A stretch of DNA of 64,000 bases, taken from an uncultured Verrucomicrobiae bacterium. Lineage in GTDB: Bacteria; Verrucomicrobiota; Verrucomicrobiia; Limisphaerales; Palsa-1400. The position numbers and the translations under genes are program-made. Location: NCBI GenBank assembly GCA_963707025.1, contig CAVPOM010000008.1, positions 64,001 to 128,000 on the forward strand, given 5' to 3'. Positions 27,078-39,096 of this stretch are shown in pieces; position 1 is the stretch's first letter, and each line of letters starts with the position of its first letter. The notes below the pieces were generated by a model. It had not been told where the DNA came from, made no database searches, and saw only the letters and a program-made list of their open reading frames with translations.

Positions 27078-28550
27078 GGCTTGTGTTTGGCGGCAAACTC
27101 CCGCTCCATTCTCATACTTCTGTCAAGGACAGGCGAGTTTGACGGGTTTGGAAGGTTCGGTCCCGTACCGATCAAAAAGGGGAATTTCTCCCAAAATCAA
27201 TCCTCGACGGTCGGATTGCGACCCTCGCCTTGGTGAATGAATGCCCATTGTTCATTGGCCTCGGTGGCACCCTGGGGCACGACTCCCAGCGGAATTGCCA
27301 GCAAGAGCCTCCTTCGTAGGGTTACGGATCACCCCCCGGTAACCGGACGCGAACCCGGCTCGCACGACCAATTCCGCAAATTGATCGCCCAGAGGCATAC
27401 ATGGAGAGCAGTGCGGCATGAAGCCGCCCAGTTTCGGCACATTATCGGCACAAATTTCTAGCCCGGTGTCGCCCGCCGTCTTTCAGGGATCGAACGCCTG
27501 CCCATGCTGCGTCTCCCCCGTCATCAAATGTCTCCGTGAAATCGGCTCCAGAATTGTCCGATCTCGAACGGCAAGAATCAAATAGTTCAACGGGTCGAAG
27601 GAAATCCCACGTATTGGATATAATCCATCGGGTTGGAGATGAGTTTACGGATTTCTTGCGCGGGTCATAATCGCTCAGATGATGGAGAAATCGAGATTCC
27701 GCGCCGTTGACGCCGCTCGAGAGCGTGAGCGGGTGCATGGCGGCGGTCTGGTTGCGGAACTGTCACGAACCCGTTGTTCCAGCGGATCCTCTATAGCGAG
27801 CCCATTATTCCACCGATATTATAAGCGTCCATTATAAACCCAATGTAATCCCTTGTCAATTTCGAGATGTGTATCCATACATTAACAAACAGTTGTGGCG
27901 GTCTTGAGGACTGGTCCCGATCCGGTGGGCCGGATTGGGCTTCCCATTTCTCTGCCACGCGCGATAAAACGGAAATGATGTCGCAATTGCCGTCGGCAAC
28001 CGGCATGATGCAAGCGTTCGCGAATGCGGACGGGATCGGGCCCGTGTTTCCGTCGGCGCGTCCTCAAATTTGCCCAGGATGGCCTGGGTGGTACTTTGGG
28101 ATCATGGCTCAGTGCGCCCAGCCGGGCCGCCGCAACAAAAAGGGGGTTGAGACTCACATCAGTACCGGCGTGGCCCTGGTACATCGTGAACCCCCTTCGC
28201 CGGCCCCGGTCAAGCTGACCAAAATCAATTGTATTTCGATGAAACCCCTGCGCTTTCTGCAAGCCTGGCAGTGCGAGCTTGACAAGCGAGCTCCCTCTCA
28301 GACCAAGCTCCAAGATCAAACACCCAGCAAACCACGGCTGAAGTCATGCCATGACACCAAAACAACACATTAAATCGGCCAAAAGCGAGGCGGAGGGGGG
28401 CACGATGTACCACGGCTGGCCGGACCCACATCAGTACGGTACTTGTATTACGAGGTTTTCGGCTATAGGGTTGTGGAATATGGGATATTGTAAGGGATAT
28501 TGTAATATCGGAAATCCATTCCTTGTAAGGTTTGAACTGCGATCAAAAGT

Positions 28551-28913
28551 ATGCCGACGACAAATCTTGGTGCCTTCATCCGACAGACCCGAAAGGGAAA
28601 GGGGATCTCGGGGCGTGAGCTTTCACGGCGTATCAACATTTCCGCCCCTGCACTTTCTGAAATCGAGCGGGGAATAAGAAATCCGTCGGACGCCGTTCTT
28701 GAGAGGATAGCTCGAAGCCTCGGCGTGGAATTTGAGCAGTTGCATGCGCTTGATTCATGGTCTGCCCTCAAGGAATTCAGGGAAATGATCGAATCGGACC
28801 GTGATCTAAGTCTGTCGTTTGTGGGGGTGGTCCGTGCGATAAACACAGGAAAAGTCAGCCGGAAAGCTCTGGCTGATAAGCTCTTGCAAATGTGTCACAA
28901 TTCGGGTCGTTGA
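28551..28913 (+). CDS. XRE-family HTH regulator
   Basis: ISGRELSRRINISAPALSEIERGIRNPS. Confidence 0.9.
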   Translation: MPTTNLGAFIRQTRKGKGISGRELSRRINISAPALSEIERGIRNPSDAVLERIARSLGVEFEQLHALDSWSALKEFREMIESDRDLSLSFVGVVRAINTGKVSRKALADKLLQMCHNSGR

Positions 28914-29522
28914 TGCCCATTGATTCGCCTTCGCCGCAGAGTCCAACCACAATAGGTGGTGTATAGCGGCAAGGAACCACACAATTCTCCCCTTCGGTTC
29001 CACGTTTGTGGAAAGACTCTTCTTCTGTCGTCGGCAGCAACTTCAGCAGGCAAACGGAAAAAATAGTGAATTTTACTTGAACATGTTCCAGATATTCGTT
29101 AATCTGTGGTACGTATGAGAAACACATTACTGCGAACGAGATCGTGCCGAGAGTCTCATCAGGCAGGCATACGCCATGCCACGGCATTCGCTCCAGAGCC
29201 TCTGCAATGAGACGGCATCAATCAAACGATTCATGGTACCCGCCGTCGGGTTTGCTGCCAGTTTCTGGGACGTTTCCTTTTCAGGCGGTAATCGATCTTC
29301 AACCGGCGACCGGGTATCCGGGATTACATCCAAGAGTTGTGAGGCACCTTGTAAAGCTCAACCGCCTTGAAACTCCCGGCAAATCGCGAGACAAAAGGAG
29401 GTTGAACATCAAAAGCTCTCAATTGCTTGAACTTTGTGACGATGTCCAGTGGCTGATTCCATCTCTGCGGCCCGGCACAAAGAGCAGAGGACCCCCTGCA
29501 CATCAAACCTCCGGGTAAGACT

Positions 29523-29831
29523 ATGAACGCGCTTTCCCGCCAAGCCAGGATATTTGCCAAGCCGGAATATCCCGCAGTACTCGATAAACGCCAGGCCCGC
29601 GAAATCCTTGGTTACACGGAAGACGAATTTGATGCGATTATCCGAAGCAAACACATTCAGTTCCTGGGTACACCACGTCCGCGAAGGCAAAAGAAATTTG
29701 CGACAGCCCACATTCTGGAGCTGCGTGACGATGTGGAGTGGCTCTCAAACGCTCAGGACATCATTTCGGGACATTGGCGTAAGCTCAACGCCTCGAAGAG
29801 GAACAAAAATAAAAGGATTTCTTTGTCATGA
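29523..29831 (+). CDS. Excisionase-like small DNA-binding protein; a broken paralogue lies at ~29230-29518
   Basis: LDKRQAREILG; shared LELxDDVxWL motif. Confidence 0.55.
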   Translation: MNALSRQARIFAKPEYPAVLDKRQAREILGYTEDEFDAIIRSKHIQFLGTPRPRRQKKFATAHILELRDDVEWLSNAQDIISGHWRKLNASKRNKNKRISLS

Positions 29832-30411
29832 CAACCAGCTCCGACAGACTCGTTCTGGATAAATGGAAACTCACGTCACCCGAAACGGGCCGGCCAGCTA
29901 TATTAGCATGGCCCTTCCCGATTGACGCGGGCGGATTTATTGTGGATTTGCATGTCAGATGGCCGCTTGCAATGGACGATCACGCCGTAAATCGAGGGAA
30001 TTGCCGCGGTCATATTCATATTGTTAAGCGCCTCTCTGTTCCATTCCAAGGCATCGCAGAAGCCGAATCAGTCACGGATGGATGCCATTCAACGCCGGTG
30101 GAAGACATGGGAAAAAAGCGTGGGACTTTGCGCAAGTGCTTGGTACGCAATGCCCAAATTGTTCATTCCATTTCTAAACGACCCGGGGGAGTTCTTAATC
30201 GCAAGCACCAAATGTCGCCGGCAACCACGATTAACACGGGTGGCCAGTGGGAAAACCTGGTGAGAAAAGTGTACAGCACAATGTGCATTTTGGTAGCTCT
30301 ATACTTGTATGGGCTCATGTATGGCGAAGCTGACACACGAACGGCAATTAGCGCTCGGTTTGGCCTGCTTACATGGTCACTTGGCATTTATATTTCATGT
30401 TTGGACACGTT

Positions 30412-31773
30412 ATGGCGCATATAATCAAAGACCGAAAGTCGCCGTACTATCAGGCGCGGTTCACCAACCAAAATGGAAAGCTCGTGCAACGCAGTACCAA
30501 GACAAAGGATCGCGACCGGGCAAGTAATATGGCGACTTGTTGGGAATTGGAAGCTCGAGCGGTTCGCGAACATCAATTTCCAAAGTCGAGGTATCGCGTC
30601 GTTAGAGAAGTGATGTATCATATGGCATCGGGAGACGCGGTTACTATACCCACCGTGGACGCTTTCCTCGATGCTTTTATCCATGAGAGTGAAGTTCAAC
30701 TTGAAGACCAAACAGCCTTGAGTCGGAAACAAACAGTAAGGCTCTTCTTGAGCTATTTAAAGGAAACCCATGAAAATCCACATCCACATTGATGAAATAA
30801 CGACAACCCACATCAGAGGCTTTAGGGACCACATGATGGCTGCGGGTCACAGTGCCGCTACGATCAACCTTCGTTTACATACCCTCGGTACAGCTTTCAA
30901 CGAGGCCAAGCGCCAGGGACTAATAGACGTGAATCCAGCTAATGGGGTTAAGGTGCGCCAGGCGAAATCGGAAGGCCAAAGAAAGGACAGCCGCAGGCCA
31001 TTCAGGCGGAGCGAAATGCTGCGGATCATCGACATTTCTAGAGTTGAAATAGTGGGCGCAATAGTTACCAGCCTGAACCTTGGAAACAGAAATGGGGACG
31101 TTACGATGATGAGAATTGGCGAGGTAAATTGGGCGAACGCTGAAGTGACACTTACTACAACAGGAAGGGGAAAAAGGACGTGAATGTGCCTGTTCTCCCA
31201 GAATGGGTGGCGTTCGCCGAGGAATTTTTGCAACATCATCCTGATAAGGCAAATCCGGAGGCGTTCCTTTTTTGGACTTACTCTAAATCCGGGCAGAGAG
31301 ATCGTGTGCACCTTTTGGCTCGGGACTTTGCCGATGTATTAATTCGAGCGGGTTTGAGAGATCCGAACGCTCCTAAGCCCTTCGGAGCCGCACGGAGGAC
31401 ATTTGACCTTTGCTTTCATTGCATACGCAGGTCGCTGAACATGGCGTGCAAACTGAGTAATATGCAGACGGACGCTGTTAAAGCATTGTTGAGTCAAGAG
31501 GATGATGCAACGAATAAGCAGTATGACAATTTTGGGGTGCGTGAAATGCGCAAGCAACTCTATAAAGCTGCGGGGAAGCACGAACTTTTGGAGGCAATTG
31601 AGGAGGAAAAGGAGCCATGGATGACTTTACAGGACATAATGGATGTGACGGTTTATGCGACTAATAAACTGCGGGCCATTCGCGTCAACACGGAAAGGGC
31701 ATTGCCTTCAACGCCTCCCGAAATCAGGGCCCCCGCTGTTACTAAGGAATCAAATGATGAAAAAGCGTCTTAA
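30412..31773 (+). CDS. Tyrosine recombinase/integrase (split into three frames)
   Basis: SPYYQARF..QRSTKT arm-binding region, ATINLRL..VNPA, GNRNGD, FHCIRRS, KQY. Confidence 0.8.
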
Positions 31774-32221
31774 AATTGGAGTGCGGAACTGCTCCACTCA
31801 GCACATAGCGTCATCCCAGATCGGAAGCGTCGAGTTTCAGAGACTGCTTGAGATTTCAGACGAGGAGTGGCAGGGGATTCTTCGTTTTGGCCGATATTGC
31901 AGTTTCCCCCTGGTTGTTTGCGCTCGGCTGAAACAGGCAAATATTGGGAGCCGCCAGCAAACGTGCCGTTTTTGGGTTTCAAAGACAGGGCAATCCGTTG
32001 TTATGCCCCTTGGACCAAACCTCATTTCCTATCTGCGGACATTGCAAGAAGGGAACACGCCGAATTCACCTCTGTTCCCACGCTGTTTCCACCTGAGTCC
32101 CAAAGCCCTGGTCGCTGAATTCAACCGTTTGCTGGTCGAAGCCAACGTGAACTCAAAAGTTCGACTTCGGTTCTCGTCCCTCCGCTTTGATCTGCGCTGG
32201 CGTGACAAGAAATCTCGTTGA
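31755..32221 (+). CDS. Degenerate integrase catalytic-domain-like protein
   Basis: EWQGIL...SKTGQSVVMPL...PLFP...FSSLR. Confidence 0.5.
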
Positions 32222-32287
32222 GGAATGACCCCCATAGATCACATTCGAACTTCCCCTAATGAAAACCGTTCAGCGCCACTCCATTTT

Positions 32288-32640
32288 TGTTGAGGACGAT
32301 GTTTACAAACTGCTCAAGATCGCGGACGCCGAGTGGACGGCATCCGTGTTGACAGGATGGCTCTGGCGATATACGGCGCCCAAGCGATGGGGCGCGCGAA
32401 TTTCGCTGCCTTCTATGCCCCGCTCCCGGGGAATTTGACCGTGCGGCAGAATCTCCGTGTCTTCGGCCTGCTTTGCGGGGCCAAGGGTTTGTCGGAGCGC
32501 ATCAATGCTCTGATCGGCCAGCTCGATCTGGAAAAGTTTCGGAATGTGAAGTGTGGGGTGCTGTCCTCGGGCGAGTAGATGCGGATTGTTCTGGCGAAGA
32601 CCATGCTCAACCCAGCGGCCAAGAACCGAGCGCTCAGAGC
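32288..32640 (+). pseudogene. ABC transporter ATP-binding fragment
   Basis: LPGNLTVRQNL...LSSGE* RIVLAKTMLN. Confidence 0.65.
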
Positions 32641-34214
32641 CTGGGCAAGGCTTCCGTTTGGAACTTCTGGTCGAGTTCGACGAACGCGGGATGATGGCCC
32701 GGCCAGAATGACGCGCGCTTGGTCGGTTTTGGAAACAGATGCGAATCGAACCGCAGCAACCTGTGCATTTGGTGGAAGGCGAGGCCATCCATCCCGAGGA
32801 GATTCTCGATCTCCTGGCCGGTGCGAGAGGTCGTCCCGGCCCGGTCGCTCTTGGCCCGGAAGGCCGCGTGGTTCATGAGGTTGACCACTCCGGCCTGCCA
32901 GTCCAACTGCTGGTAGTAGTAGGACCGCATCAGCTCTGGACCAAGATCACACTCCGACTGGCTGAGGTGGTTGGACAGACGCAGGTTTCCGCCCAGCCAG
33001 GAGTGCGTCAGGTGGTTGGCGAGCGGGTAAGCGCGGAAGTTGGGGTCGGCAGAAATGTTTTGGATCAACCGCATGAAATTGGAGTAGTAGGGCTCGACGC
33101 GCTGGAAATAATTGAATCCCCGGATGGCGGCGTGCTGGGTGAAGACGGCGTAAGAGCTTAGATCTCCGGGCCGGTCCAGTTCCATTCGCCAATGGGTCAG
33201 GACGAGGGCGAAGACCAAGGGCTGTAGGGGAGCCGGCAGGGAGAAGGGCAGGCCATCGTGGGTGACCGCCCCCCGGAGCATGCAGGTGGCGTCCTCAAAT
33301 CCCTCGCGATCCAGCCCCAACTCCTGTTTCAACGCCGGGTCCAAGGTGGCGTAAGCGCAAGTTTCGCTGCGACGTGCCACGACCCGTTGGCCACTGGGCA
33401 AGAGCATGGCCCGATCCTCATGGTCTTGCAGAGTGAAGTCCTGCATGGAGTCGGTGGCCGCTCGGAAGGGGTATCCGTAATAGCGATCCCCGTTGCCGAA
33501 GCGGGCCAACACGCGCCAGGGGTCGGGTTCGCAGTCCACGCAGGGGTAGGCAAACCCGCCCGTGGTGGGCAGAATGTCCGCGAAGATGGGGGCCGGCATA
33601 TTGGCCAAGCCGCCCAAATGGGCGTCTGGATAAAGGTAACGCGCCGGGAACAACTGGGCCGGTCCCAGGCCCCGGGCCAGCGAACCGAGGAACAGAAACA
33701 CCTTCTCAAGCTGGATGTGGGGCGCGAGGGCGAACCCAATCTGCGGCAGGGCGAGGACGAGGGTCGTATGGACTCCTTGCAGCACCTTGGGCTTCAATTC
33801 CTGCCAGAGGCTGTGGTGGTACCGCACATGGCGGGCGTTGATCCCAAACCCGGTGGATTGCGAGGGTGATTCAAACCAAGGAAGATCCTGGAGGGTGGCG
33901 GCTTCCGGCGGCAGTGGCGCCAACTGCGGGAGCTGCGGCTCCGAGCAAAACTTCGGTTGGTATTTCCAATCCCGGAGCGAGTCAGGGAAATTGCCGGTGA
34001 CGGAGGTTGTGATGCAGTCGCCGGCGGTCAAGCCAGCGGGCATCTGGAAATCAGTGAGTGCGTGAGCCCGCGCCAGGGGGACCGCGCAGTTCAACACCTT
34101 GCGCCCCCGGCCGCAGCTGCGGATGAAATCCGTGAATGCCTGTTCGGTGTGTTCGGCGCCGGGATTGGCGATGACGTTCCATCGTTCTGCGAAGTTTTCG
34201 GTCTGTTGCGGCAT
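32634..34214 (-). CDS. Hypothetical protein (~526 aa)
   Basis: Long ORF; start taken at MPQQTEN. Confidence 0.6.
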   Translation of the reverse strand: MPQQTENFAERWNVIANPGAEHTEQAFTDFIRSCGRGRKVLNCAVPLARAHALTDFQMPAGLTAGDCITTSVTGNFPDSLRDWKYQPKFCSEPQLPQLAPLPPEAATLQDLPWFESPSQSTGFGINARHVRYHHSLWQELKPKVLQGVHTTLVLALPQIGFALAPHIQLEKVFLFLGSLARGLGPAQLFPARYLYPDAHLGGLANMPAPIFADILPTTGGFAYPCVDCEPDPWRVLARFGNGDRYYGYPFRAATDSMQDFTLQDHEDRAMLLPSGQRVVARRSETCAYATLDPALKQELGLDREGFEDATCMLRGAVTHDGLPFSLPAPLQPLVFALVLTHWRMELDRPGDLSSYAVFTQHAAIRGFNYFQRVEPYYSNFMRLIQNISADPNFRAYPLANHLTHSWLGGNLRLSNHLSQSECDLGPELMRSYYYQQLDWQAGVVNLMNHAAFRAKSDRAGTTSRTGQEIENLLGMDGLAFHQMHRLLRFDSHLFPKPTKRASFWPGHHPAFVELDQKFQTEALPRL

Positions 34215-34746
34215 CGGTTGGTTTGTCGGAGTGGCGCTCGCCAAAGGGTGTGGGCTGAAGAAACGACCAGCGCCCCGACATGTTGAAGTATTTTTGAGCG
34301 TAAGCATTTGACGAGGAACCGGCGCACTCCGTTGAGCACGCCCCCGTCGTCGGCGCCGAGCTGGTCGAAATGTTGCCAGCCAGCCCCGGAAAAAGAGACG
34401 TGTCCTTCGACGAAGAACCATGCTGGACGGCCTTGCACATGGCCGAATTCCTCGGTGGTGTGCCGCGCTATCCGAAATTGCATCCGTGCGGGCTGGACCA
34501 AAGTTCAGCGGCGTCAGAGCCCCCGCCACCGCCGCCGACACCCTTCATCGGAGCGCCACTCCCCCCAGCGCCACCAACGCCGACACAACCAATGCGGCCA
34601 TTGTTGCCGTTCAGTGTCAAGAAATCCGACAATCCCCGCCCTCCTCTGGCCGGGTAATATTACCGCGATTCTCAGTTGAGTGGTTGTGGTTTTGCTGGGC
34701 GAACCTGAAATTTGAAACGCGTCAAGGGGTTGTGCTAATTGGAAGC

Positions 34747-35085
34747 ATGAATAATGAATCAGAAATCAAACGGCTGTCGGACGCTATGGCCTCCATTACC
34801 TCAACGATTACAGAAATCATTAACACAAGGTTGAAATTGGCAACTGAAATGTCCAAGGATGTAGATGGCTGGGCGGGGCGATCACTGGTTCCGAGGGCAA
34901 CTGAGGGATGGGTCGGAAAGATGGAGGTGGCTCGACATTTCAAAATCAGCCGCCGCACTGTTAATAATTGGATGAGCGACGGTTCACTCCCCTACATCCG
35001 AATCGGCAGAAACGTGAGATTCAAATTGAGCGAAGCCGATGAGGCATTGAACCGCCGCTACGGAAGTCAAGGCCAGGAAACGTGA
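34747..35085 (+). CDS. Excisionase-family HTH protein
   Basis: KMEVARHFKISRRTVNNWMSDGSLPYIRIGRNVRF. Confidence 0.8.
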   Translation: MNNESEIKRLSDAMASITSTITEIINTRLKLATEMSKDVDGWAGRSLVPRATEGWVGKMEVARHFKISRRTVNNWMSDGSLPYIRIGRNVRFKLSEADEALNRRYGSQGQET

Positions 35086-35447
35086 GATCCGCGTGCTTGG
35101 TTCGCCAAGCCGGAGAACCAAAAATGTTTCCAGGATGACGAAAACGCCGAGCGAACCCGTGACTGGCAGCAGGAGCATCCTGGCTACTGGAAAAACACCG
35201 CTCGCTACCGGCGTCGCACCTTACAAGACGGCTGCCATAGAGCAAACTCCTGTGGCCCAGGAAGTTGCAAAAATCGCTCCGCGTTGTCCCTTACAAGACC
35301 CCTGTTCGATTCAAGTCCTTCTTATTGTGGGGGCTTGTCTCCATGTTCGTCGGAAGCACCTTACAAGACGACATCGCAACCAGCACCGACGTTTGGGAAT
35401 CAAGGGACACGACAATCTGGGCATGGCGCCCGGAATAAACCTTGAGA

Positions 35448-36416
35448 TTACCGCAAGAGGCCGTGAGTTCCAAAATCCGGCGCGGACGGCGCAGGAATGG
35501 CCGGCGCGTTCGGGTCGTTGGCTTCGAGCGTCGCTTTTCCGTCCTTGACGATGAAGTGCAAACTATTCGATTTGAGCGCCCCCAGGGTCCACCAAATTCG
35601 ATAATCGCCGTCGTTGAGATTCCTGAAGAACCCGACCGGATCGGCATAGGCGCCATACTCGCGCGTGATCCCAGGCAACAAATCCTGGATTGCTCCGTTC
35701 CACATTTGTGCCAGAGGCCTTTGTTCTTCCTGGCCATCCTTGGGCCACAGGTGGACGACGCCGCTCATGAAAAGACCAGGCTCATTCTCCTGGCCAATGG
35801 TTCTCTTCCCAGTATTCTTGACACGAAAAGCCAGCGGGTATTCGACCTGTTGCATGTTTGAAAACCGGCCAATCCGGGTATTGTCGCGGATGCCGAGGCT
35901 GATCTCGAATCCCATCACCTGCTCGACTTTCACCGTCGCAGGCCCGGTTTTCAACTCTCCCTGCCAATCCGCGGATCGCATGGGAGCGCCATTCGGTTCG
36001 TCCGGGAAATGAAAGGCCGCGCGCATCGTGTATTTTGCCGGGGCGGTCTGCGGGCTGAGAATTTCGCCGTTCATCACCAAATCCCAAATAACCTTTGGAA
36101 GCTCCGGCACAACCCAACCGCTCTTGATCACAATGTCCTCTCCCGGCCGGATGGCTTGTGCCCGCACATCGTTTGGTGAATTCAGTTCGTCCAGACGCCC
36201 GGGCTTCCAATCCACTTTTCCGCCCTTCTCGTCCTCCACATCCAAAACCTCCTCCCGCTTCGGCCAGTTCCAGGCGGACGAGATTAGCGCCTCCCGATCC
36301 CCGTCGTTGCGAACATCCCTGCCGGCGCCACGGCTGCCAAAACGAGCGCCATGACGCTCTTCCATCCAGTGCGCCATCGCTCCGAGTGAGACCAGACGAG
36401 CAGGTTCGTGATCCAT
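35448..36416 (-). CDS. Hypothetical protein
   Basis: 322-aa ORF. Confidence 0.5.
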   Translation of the reverse strand: MDHEPARLVSLGAMAHWMEERHGARFGSRGAGRDVRNDGDREALISSAWNWPKREEVLDVEDEKGGKVDWKPGRLDELNSPNDVRAQAIRPGEDIVIKSGWVVPELPKVIWDLVMNGEILSPQTAPAKYTMRAAFHFPDEPNGAPMRSADWQGELKTGPATVKVEQVMGFEISLGIRDNTRIGRFSNMQQVEYPLAFRVKNTGKRTIGQENEPGLFMSGVVHLWPKDGQEEQRPLAQMWNGAIQDLLPGITREYGAYADPVGFFRNLNDGDYRIWWTLGALKSNSLHFIVKDGKATLEANDPNAPAIPAPSAPDFGTHGLLR

Positions 36417-37289
36417 CCTTTCATTGACGGTTCATTTGGACGAATGCGGAAGGGCGTTCCCTTCCTTTGGGGACGATGCCAATATTCTTAGTCATTCGTA
36501 CGAATCCCGTCAACCGCAAACGTTTAAGAATCTAAAACGAAGGCCGGAGATCTGACCAGCCGGACGGCTGCCACCGCGGACAGGAAGTCAGCCAGAGTGG
36601 CGACGCGTCCCGAGCATCCGAAAACTCCTTCCGCATTTGAAATCGGCACAATCACCCGCTTCTCAAAGCGGCGCCAACACTGAGAAAACCGATCCATTGT
36701 CAACCGCCAGGATTGCATCCAGTTCGCGCCGCCGCTGACAAGCCTGCGACGCGTGACGGACAAGCTTGATAAACCAACCCTGACGGCAGTCGAATACCTG
36801 TCAAATAGCGGCTTCGTCCGTCGCCTGGTGGCTGGCGGACAGGCGTCAGGCCATCGGCTTGCCCGGGGCGGCAGAGGTCAGACTGGTTTTGGGGGCGCGG
36901 CGAGGGGGGAAGTTTCGGCAATGGCCCTGATGCGCAGCATGCCGGCTGATGGGAGTTGGCGAAGGCTTTTGCGCCCACGGCCGTGGCAGCCTATCTTCGG
37001 CGATTTGAGACGGAGGGAACGTCACGGAATGGAGGCGCGGGCCGGTGGCGCTGGAATGGAGCGGAGTGCTTGAGTTCCGCCAACAGTTCCGTCAAGGGCA
37101 CGCGCGCTTTGCGCCCGCGTGGGCTGCTGCGACAGCCCGCCAGCGACTGGAGATAATGCGGGAGATCACCGCGCCTGTCTCCTTTTGTCCCGCCCCGACA
37201 GGAAAAAGGCGAATTTCATGCCTGTACGGTGCCCTGGATTGTCAGATAAAGTGGGTAGTTTTTCTGACAGGAATCGGAACCATTATTGA

Positions 37290-37460
37290 ATGCAAACCAT
37301 TGATGCCAAGCTGAAAAGCCGTATTTACGGCAGCGGGAGGGGTGCGGTCTTTAGCCCAAATGATTTTTTCGATCTCGGCGGGCGGGATGCCGTGGACAAA
37401 GCGCTGTCGCGTCTGACGGCCAAAAGGACGATCCGTCGGTTGGCGCGGGGGCTTTTGTAA
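37290..37460 (+). pseudogene. Truncated DUF6088/AbiEi-like antitoxin
   Basis: MQTIDAKLKSRIYGSGRGAVFSPNDFFDLGGRDAVDKALSRL...; upstream inverted repeat tgtcaga/tctgaca. Confidence 0.7.
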
Positions 37461-37574
37461 AATCGGCACCAGGCCCAGGCTCTCACCCTCTGCCAACTCG
37501 CAAAGCCGCCGGGCGCTCATTTCCGAACGGAGGAACTTTTCAAATTTATCCATAAAGCCCGCCTATGCTGTACA

Positions 37575-37895
37575 CTAGACTTTTGATACCCCCTCTGACA
37601 TGGCGTCCTCAGCAAGCTCTGCGACCTCCTGCCAGAGCCCGGATTCCAGTGCTTCCACCGGTGTCATTCCGTCCATGTGGCATGGGGTGACCAGCCATTC
37701 TATAAATTGCTCGCTCCCCAGCCGGTTGCGCAGGGCCGTGATGGTGTTGAACTGAACCGCTCTTAACAGTCGTTCGCTTGTACTCATGCAGGTTAGTTTG
37801 GCATCGTTCATATAAGCCAAACCAAGAACTTCATCATGAGAGAAATTACTGCTTCCGATGTAGCTGCGTCCTGCACACAGGCCGTAACCCATCAC
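37575..37895 (-). CDS. Small protein with MbcA/ParS-like C-terminal motif
   Basis: [23 protein letters not shown]. Confidence 0.45.
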   Translation of the reverse strand: MMGYGLCAGRSYIGSSNFSHDEVLGLAYMNDAKLTCMSTSERLLRAVQFNTITALRNRLGSEQFIEWLVTPCHMDGMTPVEALESGLWQEVAELAEDAMSEGVSKV

Positions 37896-38055
37896 GTCAC
37901 CCAGCAGGCTGCCAGAGGTTCCCTCCTGTGCGTTTCGACTACGGGACGCGAGGCTGGCTCCTCGGAGTCGGCTTCAGCATTTACCCGATCACGGTTGCAC
38001 GGTGGATTTTATAGTTGAATTAGAAGCTGATCTTGCACATTGGAAAGGGAATCAC

Positions 38056-39046
38056 ATGAACCAAAGAAGACTTGGATCACAGGGATTGACGGTTTCAGCG
38101 CTCGGACTCGGGTGCATGGGGATGTCGGAGTTCTACGGCGCGCGCGATGACCAGGAATCCATCGCCACGATCCACCGCGCGGTCGCTCTCGGGGTGACTT
38201 TGCTCGACACGGCGGACATGTACGGCTGCGGCGAAAACGAGCGGCTGGTCGGACGCGCCATCAAAGGCCACCGACGCGAGGTGATCCTGGCCACGAAATT
38301 CGGAAACGTGCGCGACGAGCGGGGCAATTTTCTGGGCGTCAATGGCGCGCCCGAATATGTCCGCCAGTGCTGCGATGCCAGCCTGCGGCGGCTGGGCGTG
38401 GATGAAATTGACCTTTACTACCAGCACCGGGTGGACCCGAAGGTGCCGATTGAGGAAACCGTCGGAGCGATGAGCGAATTGGTTCGCGCCGGAAAGGTGC
38501 ATTACCTGGGATTGTCCGAAGCGGCGCCCGCGACGATCCGGCAGCGCGATGAAAGCGCATCACATCAGCGCGTTGCAGACGGAGTATTCCCTGTGGACGC
38601 GCGATGTGGAGGCGGAAATTCTGCCGGTCTGCCGGGAACTGGGGATCGGCTTCGTGGCCTACAGCCCGTTGGGTCGCGGGCTTTCTCACGGCGAAATTCA
38701 AGAAAGCCGACGACCTGCCGCCGGGGGATTGGCGCCGGAACTCGCCGCGCTTCCAAGGGAGAGAACTTCGAGCGCAATCTGAGAATTGGTTGAGCGGATC
38801 GAAGCGCTGGCGAGGCGGAAGAAATGCACGGCAGCGCAACTGGCTTTGGGCTGGGTGCTGGCCCAAGGCGACGACATCGTTCCAATTCCCGGCACCAAGC
38901 GACGGAACTATCTGGAAGAAAACGTGGCGGCGCTGAACATCGAACTGACACCGGCGGATCTGGAAGAAATCTCGGCAGCGGCGCCTCCCGGAGCCGCCGC
39001 CGGCATGCGTTACCCGGAAGCCGGCATGCAGAGCGTCAACCGCTGA
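38056..39046 (+). CDS. Aldo/keto reductase (frameshifted)
   Basis: [29 protein letters not shown]. Confidence 0.9.
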
Positions 39047-39096
39047 CCGTGAGATTCTGCTAAGTCGGGTCAAACCCGAGGAACGCGACAACCCGC

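Noticed and set aside
27237..28550. Short ORFs or an oriT in the intergenic region of the element
   Set aside because: No recognisable motifs and no relaxase gene; cannot be supported
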